Below, one piece after another: positions 9,915 through 24,154 of a stretch of DNA of 64,000 nucleotides. The position numbers and the translations under genes were made by a program. Below the pieces are notes generated by a model. It saw nothing but the letters and a program-made list of their open reading frames with translations, did not search any database and was not told the origin of the DNA. Source of the DNA: Pseudogymnoascus verrucosus (lineage: Eukaryota); the NCBI GenBank assembly GCA_001662655.1, contig KV460289.1. The stretch is one strand, 5' to 3'. The stretch's first letter is position 1. Each line of letters starts with the position of its first letter.

Positions 9915-12290
9915 TTAATAAGCAACCAGATCATTAATCCCATCCAATTCGCGCTGGAAGTTCCTGTGCTCCGAGATATTGAACGCAAACGTGTCAACAA
10001 ACTTCATCTCCCCCTTCACCTTGTCCAGTCCCTCCCTAATACTCTGTGGCTTATCCCCCAACCCTCCTGCAGTCACAACTCCATAGCAGTCAACAATCTC
10101 TCCGGACCCGCTAAACACCATTCCCTCAACACCCACAGCCTTTTTCACAAACTCCACTGCGCTCCCAGTCGCCCCAATAGCCTTGAGATGCCCGAACGCC
10201 TCACGCACCCAGTGCATAGCCCGACCACTTTTTCCGAGGGCGGCCACATGCGCGCCGCCAGGGATATAGAGAGCGTCAAAGGCAACGCTACGCTTCCCCT
10301 CCCAGTGGTGGTCAGTTTGCATCTCTCTCCCATCGCTCGCCTTGACAGCTCCTCTTCTCGGGCCAATAGTGGCAACAAACGCACCAGCAGCGGTTAGTGC
10401 CGCGTTGACAGCTTCATACTCGGCGAAGTCAAAGTCATCAGCCACCAAGATCGCCACGTTTCGGCTGACAATCGTGGACTTCAACCCCTGAGCACGGGCC
10501 GAGAACTCGAGCTGGCTAAGACCCTTAGAAGTCTGGCCGTTGTTCGGGTGACCGGCCTTGGAGGGAATCGGCGCGCCCACAGTTTCAGCAACTGCTTTGG
10601 CGAGCCCGAGAGAGATGTTACATAGGCGTTCAACCAAGCGTTTGTACACGACCGGATCATCGCAATGGTCGAGTTCGAAGGCGAGAGCCTTGCGGATATG
10701 CAGCTTCTCAATGGGTGCTAGCGAGTTGTAGAACAGCTGTGCCTGGTTGAAGTGCTCCTTGAACTTGGCAGAGTGGAGGCGGGCTTTCATGGCTGCGATC
10801 TTCTCGGGGAAGTCGACATAGCCGTCATCCCTGGCTTCGGAGGCTGGTGGGACGACAGATTTGCGGTTAGGCCAATAGTTCATATTGCCGGGCGTGGTTT
10901 TGTGGCGGAGGGCGCCGTCGCGGTGGTGGTTCATCACGGGACAGACAGGGCGGTTGATGGGGAGTTCTTGGAAGTTGACTCCGAGGCGCGAGATCTGAGT
11001 GTCAAAGTAGGAGAAGTTGCGGCCTTGGAGGAGAGGGTCATCTGAGAAGCCGATTCCCTGTGATATGTTAATAACTGTCCATACGCCCTCATGGTAGATG
11101 GCAGAGACTCACTGGGACAACATGCGCAGTACAGAAGGCAATCTGCTCAGTCTGCGTGAAAAACTCATCGACATTACGGTTGAGCTGCATCTCACCGACA
11201 TAACGGACTGGGAAGATATCCTCTGGCCAGACCTTGGTGGCATCGAGAATGTCAAAGTCGAAGTCATCCTGGCGAGATTCTGGGCAGATTTGGACACCGA
11301 ATTTCCAGGATGGATAAGCGCCCTTCTTGATGGCGTCCCAGAGATCACGGCGATGGAAGTCGGGATCGTTTCCTGCGAGCTTCAGAGCTTCATCCCAGAC
11401 CAACGAGTGCACGCCAAGAGTTGGAGTCCAGTGGAACTTCACGAACGAGCGGATGCCTTTGGCATTGGTAAGGGTGAAGGTGTTGACACCAAAGCCTTGC
11501 ATCATGCGAAACGAGCGAGGGATAGCCCTGTCGCTCATCGCCCACATGAACATGTGGGTTGCCTCAGAATGCAGGTACTGGAAATCCCAGAAATTGTTAT
11601 GAGCGCTCTGGGCTTGAGGGATCTCAGAGTCGGGCTCGGCCTTGCCAGCGTGAATAACGTCTGGGAATTTTATGGCGTCTTGGATAAAGAAAACGGGAAT
11701 ATCATTTCCGACGAGATCCCAGTTTCCCTCCTCGGTGTAGAATTTGGTTGCAAACCCGCGCACATCGCGAACAGTATCAGCGCTGCCTCGGTTTCCAAGG
11801 ACGGTCGAGAACCGGACAAAGACGGGAGTGGTACGAGATGTATCTGTGAGCACTTTGGCGTGGGTGACGTCTTCGAGGCTCTCATATAGCTTGAATGTTC
11901 CGAAGGCGCCTGAACCACGAGCGTGGACTACTCTTTCAGGAATACGTTCATGGTCAAAGTGCATAATCTGACATCAGTTAGCTAAAGATATCAAGTAGAC
12001 GACGCGAGAGCCTTGAAGAGGGTAGCCTATGATATGGATATCACTCATGGAACATTCTAACATACCTTCTCTCTGGCAAAATTATCCTCCAGCAACAGAG
12101 GGCCTTGTCTGCCATTTGTTGAAGCTGAAAGCCAGTTATCAGTGTCGGGCTCTTTGACGCCGAAGTCACTTGTCAGTTTCGTCTTATCAGTCTGTTCAAC
12201 GAGGTCTTTCTTGATGTCTGCAACCTTCTTGTTACCAGCCAATGCATCCTTCGCGGTATGGACCGTTTCGCGGAGCACAGATTGTAACAT
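9915..12290 (-). CDS. catA: Large-subunit monofunctional catalase (CatA/CAT-1 type, no signal peptide); exons 12290-12066, 11967-11113, 11057-9915
   Basis: [18 protein letters not shown] active-site motif, RFSTV, proximal ligand [10 protein letters not shown]-terminal glutamine-amidotransferase-like domain ([15 protein letters not shown]). Confidence 0.93.
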
Positions 12291-13488
12291 GATGACCACT
12301 ATGCTAAATGTCGTATGATAGGAAAATATAAGTTGTATAATGAGAAATAGAATCCTTGAGAGGAAAGATTTGATAAATATGAAAAGCGGCTACGAGACAG
12401 AGGCGGCCAGCTTGAACATGGAAGCAATAGCAAAAGATTTGAGAGGAAGATAACGCATCAATCATATACTTAGCTATCATACTTTGGTTTGCAAGTCAAA
12501 ATCGTAAAATGACGTTGCTATTGCCAATGAGCTGCTATGCGCTGACGTCGGCGGGACGAGATGATATGTCAGATCCATAGCTATAAACACAGCAAATCCG
12601 AAGTTAGGAATTGAAGTAACACATGTCAAACCATGTGTAGCCTCTCAAAATCGATGGAATTAATAATAAATTCTTCTCATTCCGTTCACGCTGAGAAAAT
12701 ACTTTACATCATAAGAATGGCCCTGCCGCCACTGTAGGTTCTTGGGGCTCATGCATACGTCCACCGAGCTGTTATAAAAATGTTCAGAGCATTAACTTGG
12801 AGCGATGAGCTATGATGACATAACCGCGTGAGCTGTCATTGAACGGAAGGACCCTGGATTGCGGCGAGGCGGTCAATGGATCTGCCGAATTGCGGATTTT
12901 CAGAATCTCCGCAATCAACGGCTCACCCCGCTCCCCGCATTATTATTGATGCGGTATATTGTGGCTTTTGTGGATAGTGAAACTCTAGTCCGTCCCCGTC
13001 TCCAACATTGTATATTAACTAGAATTCCACATTTTTCCACCTCTTAGAAGGCTGTCTTGTTGAGATACGGGCACTGAGATCAGATCCGAGCTATTCATGA
13101 CCCCGTGCCAATGGAGGAATGCTGATTTGAGGAATAAGAAATAAGCCTCAAAAAAACCCACCTGGCCGTTTACTACAGGCTCCTCCACAAATTAATCCAT
13201 TCAATTCGGAAAGAATTGTCGGTCTCCCGGGTGCCGCTATGGGAACAACTCTTTGATACGCTGGCCAATCAATTATATTGATTCAAAGCTTTAGCTAAGA
13301 TATATGCAAAGCTTGTCCAATTCTGGCCCAAAGCTTGTGCCTAGATTTCCAGCCGGTCAACCGTGAAAGGAAGAAGACTGTAATGTATAAATGAGAGTAA
13401 AGTTCCGTTTAATTCGCTGTCTTCGTTCTGTTCTTCATCACATCGCAGCAGTTTTCTCTCTCTTTCGCATTCTCAAACTCTGTTCATC

Positions 13489-14744
13489 ATGAAGTATTCC
13501 ATCTTCGCTGTTGTCCCCCTTGCACTGGGAGCCAGCGCTGCTACTCCCTGTACTGTCACCGAATTTGCATCGATTTCTTCTGCTGTTGCGTCATGTACAG
13601 ACATTGTATTGAAGAACATTGTAGCTCCGTCCGCAAGCGCGATTGATCTCTCCAAGTTGAAGACTGGCGCCAAAGTCACCTTCGCTGGCAAAACTGTACG
13701 TATATAACAAACCTGAAGCGTCCGTTATACAGACTCTAACCATTGGCCCATTAGACTTTCGAGAAAACCCCAGACAGTAAATTTGACCCCATTATCATTG
13801 GGGGCACCAAAGTTACCATCACCGGAGCACCAGGACATGTCATTGATGGAAACGGACAAGTTTACTGGGATGGCCTGGGATCGAATGGAGGTGTTCCAAA
13901 GTAAGCTGTGATACCCTCATCTCCAGAATATCAACTAATCCAACAGGCCCAACCACTTCGTCGTGGTCAAGAACACAGTTGACTCTGTCATCTCCAACCT
14001 AAACATCAGGAACTGGCCTGTTCACTGCTTCACCATCTCCGGCGGCAGCGGCCTCACCCTTCACAACATCAATCTGGACAACACTGCCGGAAACGCGCCT
14101 AACTCCGTCAGCAACGGTCTGGCTGCCGCCCACAACTCGGACGGCTTCGACATATCCTCCACCAGCGGCCTGACGCTCAAAAACTCGGTCGTCAACAACC
14201 AGGATGACTGCGTCGCTGTGACAAGCGGCTCTAACATCCTCGTTACAGGCATGACCTGCATTGGCGGCCACGGACTGAGCATCGGTTCCATTGGAGGCAA
14301 GAGCAACAACGTCGTCGACGGTGTTACGTTCTCCAACTCAGTTATCTCCAACAGCGAGAACGGATGCCGCATCAAGACCAACTCCGGCACCAACGGCACT
14401 GTAAGCCCCCCAAACATTATATATACCCCCTAGTCTTATAGATATTAACATATCAATAGGTCAAGAACGTTACCTACAGCGGCATCACGCTCAGGAACAT
14501 CGACAGGTACGGCATTGACGTGCAGCAGGACTATCTCAACGGTGGCCCAACTGGTATTCCCACTAACGGCGTCGATATCTCTGGCATCACCTTCAAGAAC
14601 GTTAGGGGCACTGTTGCCTCCGGCGCATACAACTACTACATCCTCTGTGGAGATGGTAGCTGCTCGAATTTCACGTTCTCCGGCACCAGAGTCACTGGCG
14701 GCAAGTCGAGCTGCAACTTCCCATCGTCGAAATGCACGTCTTAA
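13489..14744 (+). CDS. Secreted GH28 endopolygalacturonase; exons 13489-13695, 13755-13900, 13947-14400, 14460-14744
   Basis: Signal peptide; YWDGLGSNGG; catalytic motifs HNSDGFD, NQDDC, GHGLSIGS, RIKT; canonical introns restore frame. Confidence 0.95.
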
Positions 14745-15168
14745 GCGGGGATTGGGCTTGGATATAGCGAATTCTTGTACTCATTTTGATTAAATATTGG
14801 ATGCCTAGAAGTAGAGTCTAAAAAAACTATTCTATCTGCTTAAATTGCCAGTGTCATTCCTAAGCCACAGGCAATCCCTTTCAGACATTTGGGCCGCACG
14901 AGTATTGGTAGATAATTATGACTTTAGAGTGCCTCATATTGTGTATTATTCAAACTAAATTCTCCCTCCTTTTCATATGGGAAAAACAACAGCACCGATC
15001 AAGGTAAGGTCAGCTGGTGCCACACGTATCAAGTGCAGACCACCAGTCGACACCTTTTGTACCAGTTTATCTATTCTTCTATCACTACCCGTGTCTCGTT
15101 TATCATGCAAAATTCATAATTTTCCAGTTCACCTAAGCGCCGCCAACAGAGGTCCAAATACCCGGCGA

Positions 15169-17835
15169 TCAAGCCAAGTACGTGTAATTACCCTCATCTC
15201 TCTCAATATAATCCTTCTCAATAAGTCTGCTTGCGTTAGTCTCTTAGTCAAGCCACAGAACAAAATTCGACTTACTTCTCAATGTTCTTTTTAATCTCCC
15301 CCACCTCAACAGCGCCCCTCATCTTCGTCTGTTCAATCACCTCCGCCACAAGCGATTGATGCGGCAACACCTTCCGGCTCTTCATGATCCGCACAATTGC
15401 CGCCTGCGTCTCATACTGCCTATCTAGCGCCACGCGCTCGTGGGTCTCCTTGTTCTCTGCTGTCGTCTCCTTGAGCTGGATCTGGTTGATCTTGATCCTA
15501 AACTTCGGGTCTGTGAACGCCAAGTTGACGGTAAATGTGTCTGTCTTCGCCACTTCTCGGCCCTTGGGATGCTTCGTTAGGATCCGCACTTTGCCGCAGG
15601 CGAGAGACTGCATGGTGCGCGTGAGTTCGGCATCAACGAGGCCCGTGCTAGCTTGGAGGGCGGTGTATGAGAGCGCCTCATCGTCGGCAAGGTCGTTGAA
15701 GAGGACGAGGATGACGGCCTGGAAGCCGGACACTTGCAGCTCCTTGACGCCTTTCTTGAAGTGACCTTTCACTATACTGTGCGCCAAGGAGTGCTTCCAC
15801 GTTAGCCTGCGCCCGGTATGCTTGTTCTTGTAGTGGCGATCGAATTTCTCGATGTGGCGTGCGACTTCGGCGGGGAGATTAATGGCAATATCTGGGTAGG
15901 TTGGCCAAGCTGCGGCGGAGAGGACGCTGACTTGCAAGTCCATGGTTGTCTTGCTGGTGTTGCTCAAGGATTGCTTGTACGATATCATCTCATCCCGCGA
16001 CAGCTCTTGGTCTTTGAACATCTGCTCTAAATTATGGGTAAAATTTGAGCCACATTCGCTTTTTAGTTTTGTGAGCATGTTCCGCTCGGCATCTTGGCTC
16101 GCGCTCCTCGCCATTAATAGACGACGGGCCAGGTCTTTCTTATAGAATGCCTCAAACACGTCTTTGCCTTCAATGAATCGAAAGAGCTCAAGGCCTTGTT
16201 CCAACTGCCGGTCAAGCTCGGCATCTTCATCGCCAGTGCTTGCCAAGCCCTGCTTTTCAGCATCTATCCGGTCCAATTCGTCTGACGCCAAGGAGCGAGG
16301 AACAGCCTTAAGACCACCACGTAGGAGTAAGTCGATATATTTCGCGATGACCTCGCCGACTTTCGAGTTCCCCGTTCCCCAAACCGTTGCGCTTTTCCGG
16401 TCATTGATAAACGTGCTGTAAGCCTCTCGCATGGAAAACTTGAAGATCTCGTCCTTGTTGAACGCGTCTCGGGTGATGAGGTCCAGTGATCTCTTCAGTT
16501 CGAGTAGACGAACCACCATATCATCTCCTTTTCCTTGATCACTGACAATAGTAGCACCTGCCTTCTTTATATATTCTTCCCATGGTGTCTTCAGCTTATC
16601 TTGGATCTCGGAGCCCTTCAATAGTCCGTATAACGACTTTAATGACTCGATATCGCGAGCTTCTAGTAACGAACCCACTGCGTGAACATCAAGTAGGAAC
16701 TCGGAGCGGTCTCTGATTAAGATATCTTGCGCATCTGATAGCAACTCTCGTTTCGTTCCACTATCCAAGTTGTGTATATCGCACCGCGCTCCTTCTTTTT
16801 CTAGTAACTTGACACACTGAGATATCATATTTTTTAGATCAGCGTCGATCAGCGCAAATTCCGAGAAAAACTGCCGCGAATATTCGAGAAACTTCGGCTC
16901 AAACCGTGCTTTATAAAGATTCGTAATAAGCAACATCATTATGATATCCTTGAACAAAGTAGATTTGAACCACCGGGCCGAGTCTTGCCCTCGGTGCTTT
17001 CTATCATTATCAATCATTTTGTTCGTTGCGTCGTAGACCTGCCCGTCAATAGCAGGGTTCTCCAGTATCACGGATCGGAATTGCTGGATCGACATGTCGT
17101 TTAGTTGCGGATATTCCTTAGAATTGAGCAGAAATGAGCGGTCGAGGAATCCAAAAACGGCTCGTATACGCATCTGTTGCACATGTTAGTCTGGGCTATC
17201 AACAAGGACATGTAAGAGTCACAAACAGCCTTTGCATTCCAATCCTTCCACGCATCCAACAGCGCCTCGAGAAATTGCAGCGGGTCATTGCCGTTATCTG
17301 CCTTCTGGAGGCTTCCCAGGACACTGGATGCAAGATAATCGCTAGTTCGGTGGCGAAGCTCCTTATATAGACCTTCAGCTTGGTTGTTCCTGCATATATC
17401 TTCCACATCACGATATAAACGTTCCAGCGGCTGTCGTGGTTGCTGAGCCTTCAGTATCGCCGTCACAGCGTCCAGGACTTGGACCTGAACCTTTCCATAA
17501 TGCTCGCGAAGGTCCGCAACCCTGCTCGGTCTCAGATTCTTGACCACCAGTTTCCTGACTCCTGATTGCGGCTGGAATCCAACAGTTCGACGGAAATCAA
17601 CATTGGAGGGAGCCACGAGGCCAATTGTTTCCGACATCTTTCCTTTCGGATGCCCGGCAATTGTCGACTCGATCGTCCTCTGTCGTTTGGCCTCTGACCG
17701 TGAGCCTGGTTTATCTCCGCCTGGCATGGATGCAGCCGTAGCTACTCCGGTTCCGAGAGTGTCCGCGATTCTTCGTTTTCCTGGTACAGGGCGATCGGAA
17801 GTACTGTCGGTAGAGTTGCCCTCGGAAGGACGCAT
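15169..17835 (-). CDS. CUL4: Cullin-4; exons about 17835-17227, 17173-15276, 15226-15169 (start codon uncertain)
   Basis: KLVVKNL N-terminal strand, GKDVFEAFYKKDLARRLL, ECGSNFTHNLEQMFKD, neddylation site AAIVRIMKSRK, C-terminus LIEKDYIER..YTYLA. Confidence 0.94.
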
Positions 17836-18317
17836 CTACCCTACACCAGGTTGTCCTTGGGAGGTGTGACGTTCGGAGGGGACTATGTCGCGGGTATTGC
17901 CGTTGTTGGCGCTCAAGGACAGCGTATCTATGTAGCAAATGTTTGTGAAGTTGAGATTAGGAAGATGTTCAACCGAAAGTAATATGAATGTGTTGCCAGA
18001 AGCAGTTGATGGACACCACCTTTGGATGAGCTCTAATGTGGAGACAAGGCTAGCCAGGCGATAACGATAAGTTAACCCCGACACCACCATTTCAGCCTCA
18101 GTTACTACCAGGGGTCTTACAATCACAGTGCTAGCCGGGAGCCAGACCAGAGTTCGGAGTCAGGCTTGTTTCCACACTCTACATATAAATTGTGTTGCAT
18201 CACGCTTGAAAATAGTGTTCTTTATTTTACATCCGTCTAATGTGCCTTTCACCGAAAAGCTTCAATATTCCTTCCTGCGATCCATTTCCAAAAAAATATT
18301 TGACTCCTCGTAACGTG

Positions 18318-21300
18318 TTATGTGAAGGATTTAAAAGATTCATGAAGTGGCTTCATTTCGTCGTGACCCTTCTCGGCTGTCAGCAGTGTACAAAAAGATG
18401 GCGGAGACTCGCTGCTTCCATATACGGGGTGAGTTCACTTACATCAAGAAAGCCGCTCATCGAAATGAGGAGCATATACGCATCGGATAGTTCGTCGACA
18501 ACTTCATCGAGCTCATTGTTCACCGCAGCGCCAATACGAGCAGACCGTTTGAAAACCGACAGCATCCAAAGTCGATTCTCGGAGACGAATTTCTTTGCCT
18601 GTGCCAGAGTTTGCTCATTTTGAGGCCCACGGCTCACCACACAGCAATTGATCACGCGCATCAATGCAAGGAGTAATCCATAATGCTTCTTAATCGCGTC
18701 AATGTCGGCAATGTCTAGATAAGTTAGGATATAGCCTTTAGTCAATGGAAGTCATGACGTACCAAGTCCAATATCTGGATCAGTAGAGAATACGCCAGAG
18801 TCTCTGATTATCTGGAAGAGTCCAGCACCAAGGACTGCGGTGGCTCCTGACCTAGTTTGAGAGACCTGAACGAGCAAAGCAAGCTTCGCATTCACATATG
18901 ACAAATACATGTCAATTTCTGCGTGGGTTAGCTTTGTTGTTTGTGCTTTTGGGGGTACGTCTTACCATCAGTCCGAAGATCCTGCATCTCATCCAGTATA
19001 TTTTGTAGAGAATCCACCAGAAGGCCTATAAAATTGATGCGAGACAAGGTGGTATTGATGTAGCTTGAATCTTCTTTTCTTGCCAACTCGACAATTTGCC
19101 CAAGTAGCAATAGGGCAGAAATTCTGCAAGTATTCTCACCAGCATATGCATCATCACAGATTATAGCTACCAGAGATTCACCCGAACTCTTGATAGTCTG
19201 AGTAATATATTGGCGGCCTGTGGTCAGGCCTCGCGGCATATCTGACATGCCAACCAGATATTTGTAGCATATCGTGTAAAGTGTTTCTCGGAAATGGCTG
19301 TCGCTAATCGGCGATTGGATGGCTTTGAGAGACACACTGAATAGCTGGCTCAACCTCTCATTTGCTAGAGAGGCTACGTCGTCATTCCGGAATGGCTCTG
19401 ACGTGAAGTCGATATTGAAGAGGAGGAATTTTGCAAGGGTCGCAAGTTTTTGTGACGCTTCAATATTAACGCTACTATGCCTCTCCAATTTTGACTGGAC
19501 AACAAGGACTGCTTCGAGTATTGCCCTCAGCTTGTTTGTGTCCTCGAGATCGCCGACTGTTACTGTCATCAACACGACTTGAGTCCAACCCTCCAATGTC
19601 TCCAGCCAAGTTGCGTGCAGGCGACTTATGTTGCTCTGGGAAGCCAGATACCGCAACAGGTTAAGTGCTTCGGCTTCAAAAATGGCCTCGTCTTCGGGTT
19701 TCTGTAAATAGCCCGCAACTTTCATCTCGCTCTGCCTCAGCACCAAGAGTGCCTCAACCCTCTTAACATCATAAACGTGCGGTTCCCCGGGGTTGCCCGT
19801 GAGGCAGACGCTGAAATTAAGATCCTTGAAGTAGGGGGAAATTGGAAAAGTTTCGGCAGCCGGATCCACCACCATGAAATCGAACATGTCAAATATCGTA
19901 TAGTTTTGGATTTCAGTTCCATCTTCGATGGTAGTTCTCCCAAGAAGCGTGTTCGATATCTGCTGCCTTACGGAAGTCGAGCCATCTTTAGATACTCGGC
20001 GAAGTTCTGATGCGACGTATTGAAACAGCATGGACCTTTGGCTCAAATAATCGTTGATATCGTTTTGCGACTCGATAACTCCGAAGTAGGTCTCGTTCGG
20101 TAAACCTAGGCCAGATATAGTTTGCGGGCCAATGATGACTTCGCTGGTCCATAGGTGAGTAAAAAAGTTGTGGCTTCGAAGCTCCACCATCACCACTTGT
20201 GAGGATATGGGCGATCTCCACAAGGTTCGCATAACCTGTAGCGCCTTGCTCTTGAGGCGCGTAAGCCATGGGGCTATAACATTTTGCTCTGTTTGAACAG
20301 GGCACTGAATGGCCAGTTTCATTATAGAATGGAATAGAGATGCATCGCGGGCAAACGGGCTATCAGGAAGAACCTCGAGGCTTTCCGATTCGCATCTAAA
20401 ACCCAAGAGCAAGTGCGCAATCGAGGGTCTGTTAGGCATAGCTTGAAGGCAAGCGTTCACGAAATCAAGTATGTGAATCTTGATATTATATGCCGGCGAC
20501 TCAGATGCTTCTTCCATGTCGATGTTAGATTCGAATTCGCTGATGAGAGACCTGGCAATTCGCTCTGAATCGTTCCCCATCTCAAGTGCAGCAATTGCTT
20601 TGTTTCTGTCTCGACGTCCACCAATATTTGAAACGGGAGGAGATATCAGCTTAGGAGAAGTAGAAAATCTTTGAAGCAGTTTTAACGACGCGACGGCGAG
20701 TTCCGAATGCCCAGAGCCGCAATAGAGGCCGAGATCAACAATGACAGAAAGATGGCTTAATACTCCATCGTCGAATGACGCGTAGGCAGCATTAGCAACA
20801 GGAGACCGAGTATGCGTAGCTTGCTGTCTGTTTAACGGTCTTATAATATCCAAGTACGTTGGTTGCAGGTCCATTATAAGAGTTATCACATGGATTGCAG
20901 CAAGGATGCTCAGCACCAAGGGTGATGATGGGGCGGCATTCCCCACGGCGGAGATTTCTTCGTGGACAGATTGGAACAGCGCATCCATAACTTTCTCATT
21001 GAACATCCATTCCATAGTCCTCGAGAACGGATGGAGGCGAACGTATGTATCCAGATCCGAGGCCCTGATAGCACTGTCGACAGACACATTCGATTGATTA
21101 GCGAAGACAACAAGGTCCTCGTTGAAAGTGCTCAGACATGTCGATATGAAGTCAAGGCACGTCAGCGACAAGAGTCTCTGTTGAGGCTGGCTAATGATCT
21201 CCGCCGTTCGGGATTTGCGCACAAAAATCTGCCCCACAACGAAATCGATATAAGTATCAACGCCAGGCATCCGTTTCGATGAACCAAGATTTTCCGGGAA

Positions 21301-23666
21301 AGGGAGATCGTCATTCAATCCCATGGATGGTTCCGCGGGTGTTAGAAGGGCGGTAAGGAACTGAATGAAGGAACTTGGTTCTTCGAACCCAGTACTAATC
21401 TCTTCAAAAATCCCACTAGTGATCGATGCCGACGTTGACATTGTTAGTGATACTTTGGGCATCGTTGAGTGTCCGCCAGAAATCCACTGATCCAGGGACA
21501 TCCAAGTGATATCGTTGATCTCCTTAGATTTTTGGCTGAGCAGCGACCGTAGGGTAGTAAAAGCGCACGCTCGAAGACGAGATTCTATGCGGCTGCTTGC
21601 CAGTTCGTAAAGTAATCCTGTCAGGTGAAATGACGGGTGCTTAAGAATGAAAGTCCTCGCCTCTTCACTTCCAGTGCATAGACGAGTGATCAGGCGTAAG
21701 TAACTCTCCAGCATAAGTGTCTCCTCCGGTTCGGACTCAACCTCATTAGCGCCAGGTTTTCCGGCACGGTACGATGTAGACTGGTGGGGGGCAGGCTGGT
21801 TGCGTAGTTTTGAGGTATAGTGTGTGAGATCAGTGAATATTTGGCTCCACGTAAGAGATTGGCTGCGCCGTAATTTACCAGACGCAGTTGTACTTTCTTC
21901 GAGTAGGAATCTATGCGAAGCAGTCGCACACTCGTCATCTTCAGATATTGCCTGAAGCATTTCACAAAACGCGCTCAACAGTGGCGTCGAAGCTCTACAC
22001 GATGCCCACTGCAGGAAGCCAGCGAGGTTGCTGTCTGGATCCGACCAAAACGCCAAAGCGGCATCAGGCCGTTGTTCAAAGGCATATGAAATAATAACCA
22101 GGAACCGTTCGAGATCAAGGTCATGCTCGTAGGTAAGGCTCAACTGCCTCTGTTCTTGCTCTTCCGTCCTCAACTTGCGCAAAGGGTCGGGCATATTAGT
22201 GATAAATGCGTCTATAAAGGCCTCCAACTGCTCCTTCAATGCCAGCTGAAAAAACTCTGAAAACGGCACTGAGTCTTGAAGCATTGGAGGAACTTTATTT
22301 TGCAGCCAGCGCCGCAAGCCCTGTCGTGCAGGGTCCTGCCAGTCACCAGATTTGACATCGGCACCAAGAGACAAAAGGAACTCGAATGCTCCATCTTTAA
22401 GAAACCCTGCAAATTGTTCTGATCTTGTCCGTTTCTCTGAACATGATTAGCACAAATTCGGTAGCCATTCAGGGGGTTTCCAGGCTTACCGTCATCCAGG
22501 TTGACCCCCACGGCTGGAGAGTTGCCTTGATTGTCGAGATACCATCCACTATACTCTCCCAACCAGAGGACAGAAACTCCAGCGTAAACATATTGTAACG
22601 TCCAATTGTTCTTATCTTTATTTTCAAGAATCATCCGATTCAGACTGCGAGCCTGCTGGAGCGAGCCAGAACCCTCGGGCGATCCAAAAGTGGATATGAA
22701 AGCAGCCGTTGCTGGGAAGTAGTGAACTGCCATAATTTGTTAGATTTAATCAAACGAAAAGATGGTCATATTCTATCATACCTAGGAGGTTGTCAAATCT
22801 GTCGGTTTGCCTAAGCACACCAAGAACAGTCTCAAAATTCTCCACTGAAGAGTATCTTGCTTTCACGAGCCAATGAACTATAGAGCCCAAAGATTCGTGC
22901 TGTTGTATAAGACTCACTCTCTGGTACTCAATTGTCTCAGAGAACTCATCCGTTTGGCCCTGGTATAGAACATTGGCGCTGTTTACTCTGTCGGCAAGAT
23001 CCTGCAGCCATGTCTTGATGTCTGCCATGCTCTGCAAGCACTTCTTGACAAAGCTAGGCCCATTTTCTGCTTTATTATCCGTTTGAAGTACAAGCCCAAC
23101 AGCTGTCTGAAAAGTACTCTTGATATTCTCTTGGACTTCAAGCTCGTCTGAATTTGAATCGGAATCTGAATCGGTATTTGCTGATGACAATTGTAGAACG
23201 AGTCGAAAGCAATCCAAAAGGTACTTCCGGGTTTGGTGAAATCTGATTATAGAGCATTCTAAGACGGAACGGCCTAGCACGTCCGCGTCCTCCTGCGATG
23301 CAAAGAATATTCGCGCAGCGTCGAGTTCGTCCAGGTTGACAGCATCTGCAAGCATCAACGCCCCTTGCTTAAAGTCATCGTTGATGGAGTATTCTTCGTC
23401 TTGTATCTGGATTCTTCCTATGAGCACCGAGTTAGATCTGCATGGCTTGAACCGCAACCGCAGCGGGAATATCTGTGCATACCAGAATCCAAGCTCTTTC
23501 TGCTCTGTTCATTGCGCGGAGCTTTATCGAGGAGCCTTCGAAATTCGTCGAGCCTAGTTTCCAATTGAACCCACAGTCGGTCGATGTTGGGAAGGCGTTG
23601 CTCTGCCTGAGCTACCAGATCCCTGTGAAGAAGCTCCAGCCCTTCAAGATCAGTAAGCTCCGCCAT
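18318..23666 (-). CDS. NUP192: Inner-ring nucleoporin Nup192/Nup205; exons about 23666-23483, 23417-22782, 22726-22490, 22436-18966, 18918-18763, 18714-18443, 18368-18318
   Basis: EYSINDDF..LADAVNLDELDAARIF, FITNMPDPLRKLRTEE, DLERFLVII, RPSIAHLLLGF, FSTDPDIGL; long helical solenoid; in-frame canonical introns. Confidence 0.9.
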
Positions 23667-24154
23667 TGCATGCGATACTCCGATTGCAAGTTGATTATAT
23701 GGCGCCCAAGCACATAAAAGTAGTCCAGCCGCCCTGAGATGCGAATGAAATCATTTGGTGCCACAGAAATGGTGGTTGGTTGGCTGGTAGAGTAGAGGCA
23801 CCCTGTCAAGTTGGAGAATCTGGCAGAAATCGGTGTACGCGACGTTGATACTGTTTATCGCGCCAAGCCGATTTTGCGGGGGTAAGCTTTTGGGAGCGAC
23901 AGCCTCGCGGACTAGCCTTCAAAACATACAGCAAGCTCCACAAACAAATGCGCTGACTGATGACCTTGTCCCCTTCAGTCCCCTAAACTTTCCACCCTTT
24001 ACCTGTGAACAATTTGATCAATTCTTGCCAATAAAGCACCTCAATGAAGGCCTGGCAGTGTTGATGCCAACAGTCTCTCTCGATGGGGTAGCAACGTCCA
24101 CTTTTCAAACAATGTTACAATCACCGTTGAAGTCACAAAAGATCCGCTGCAAAG

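Noticed and set aside
9915..14744. Catalase plus polygalacturonase as a virulence island or biosynthetic cluster
   Set aside because: Two common genes among housekeeping loci; no backbone enzyme, mobility signature or compositional break
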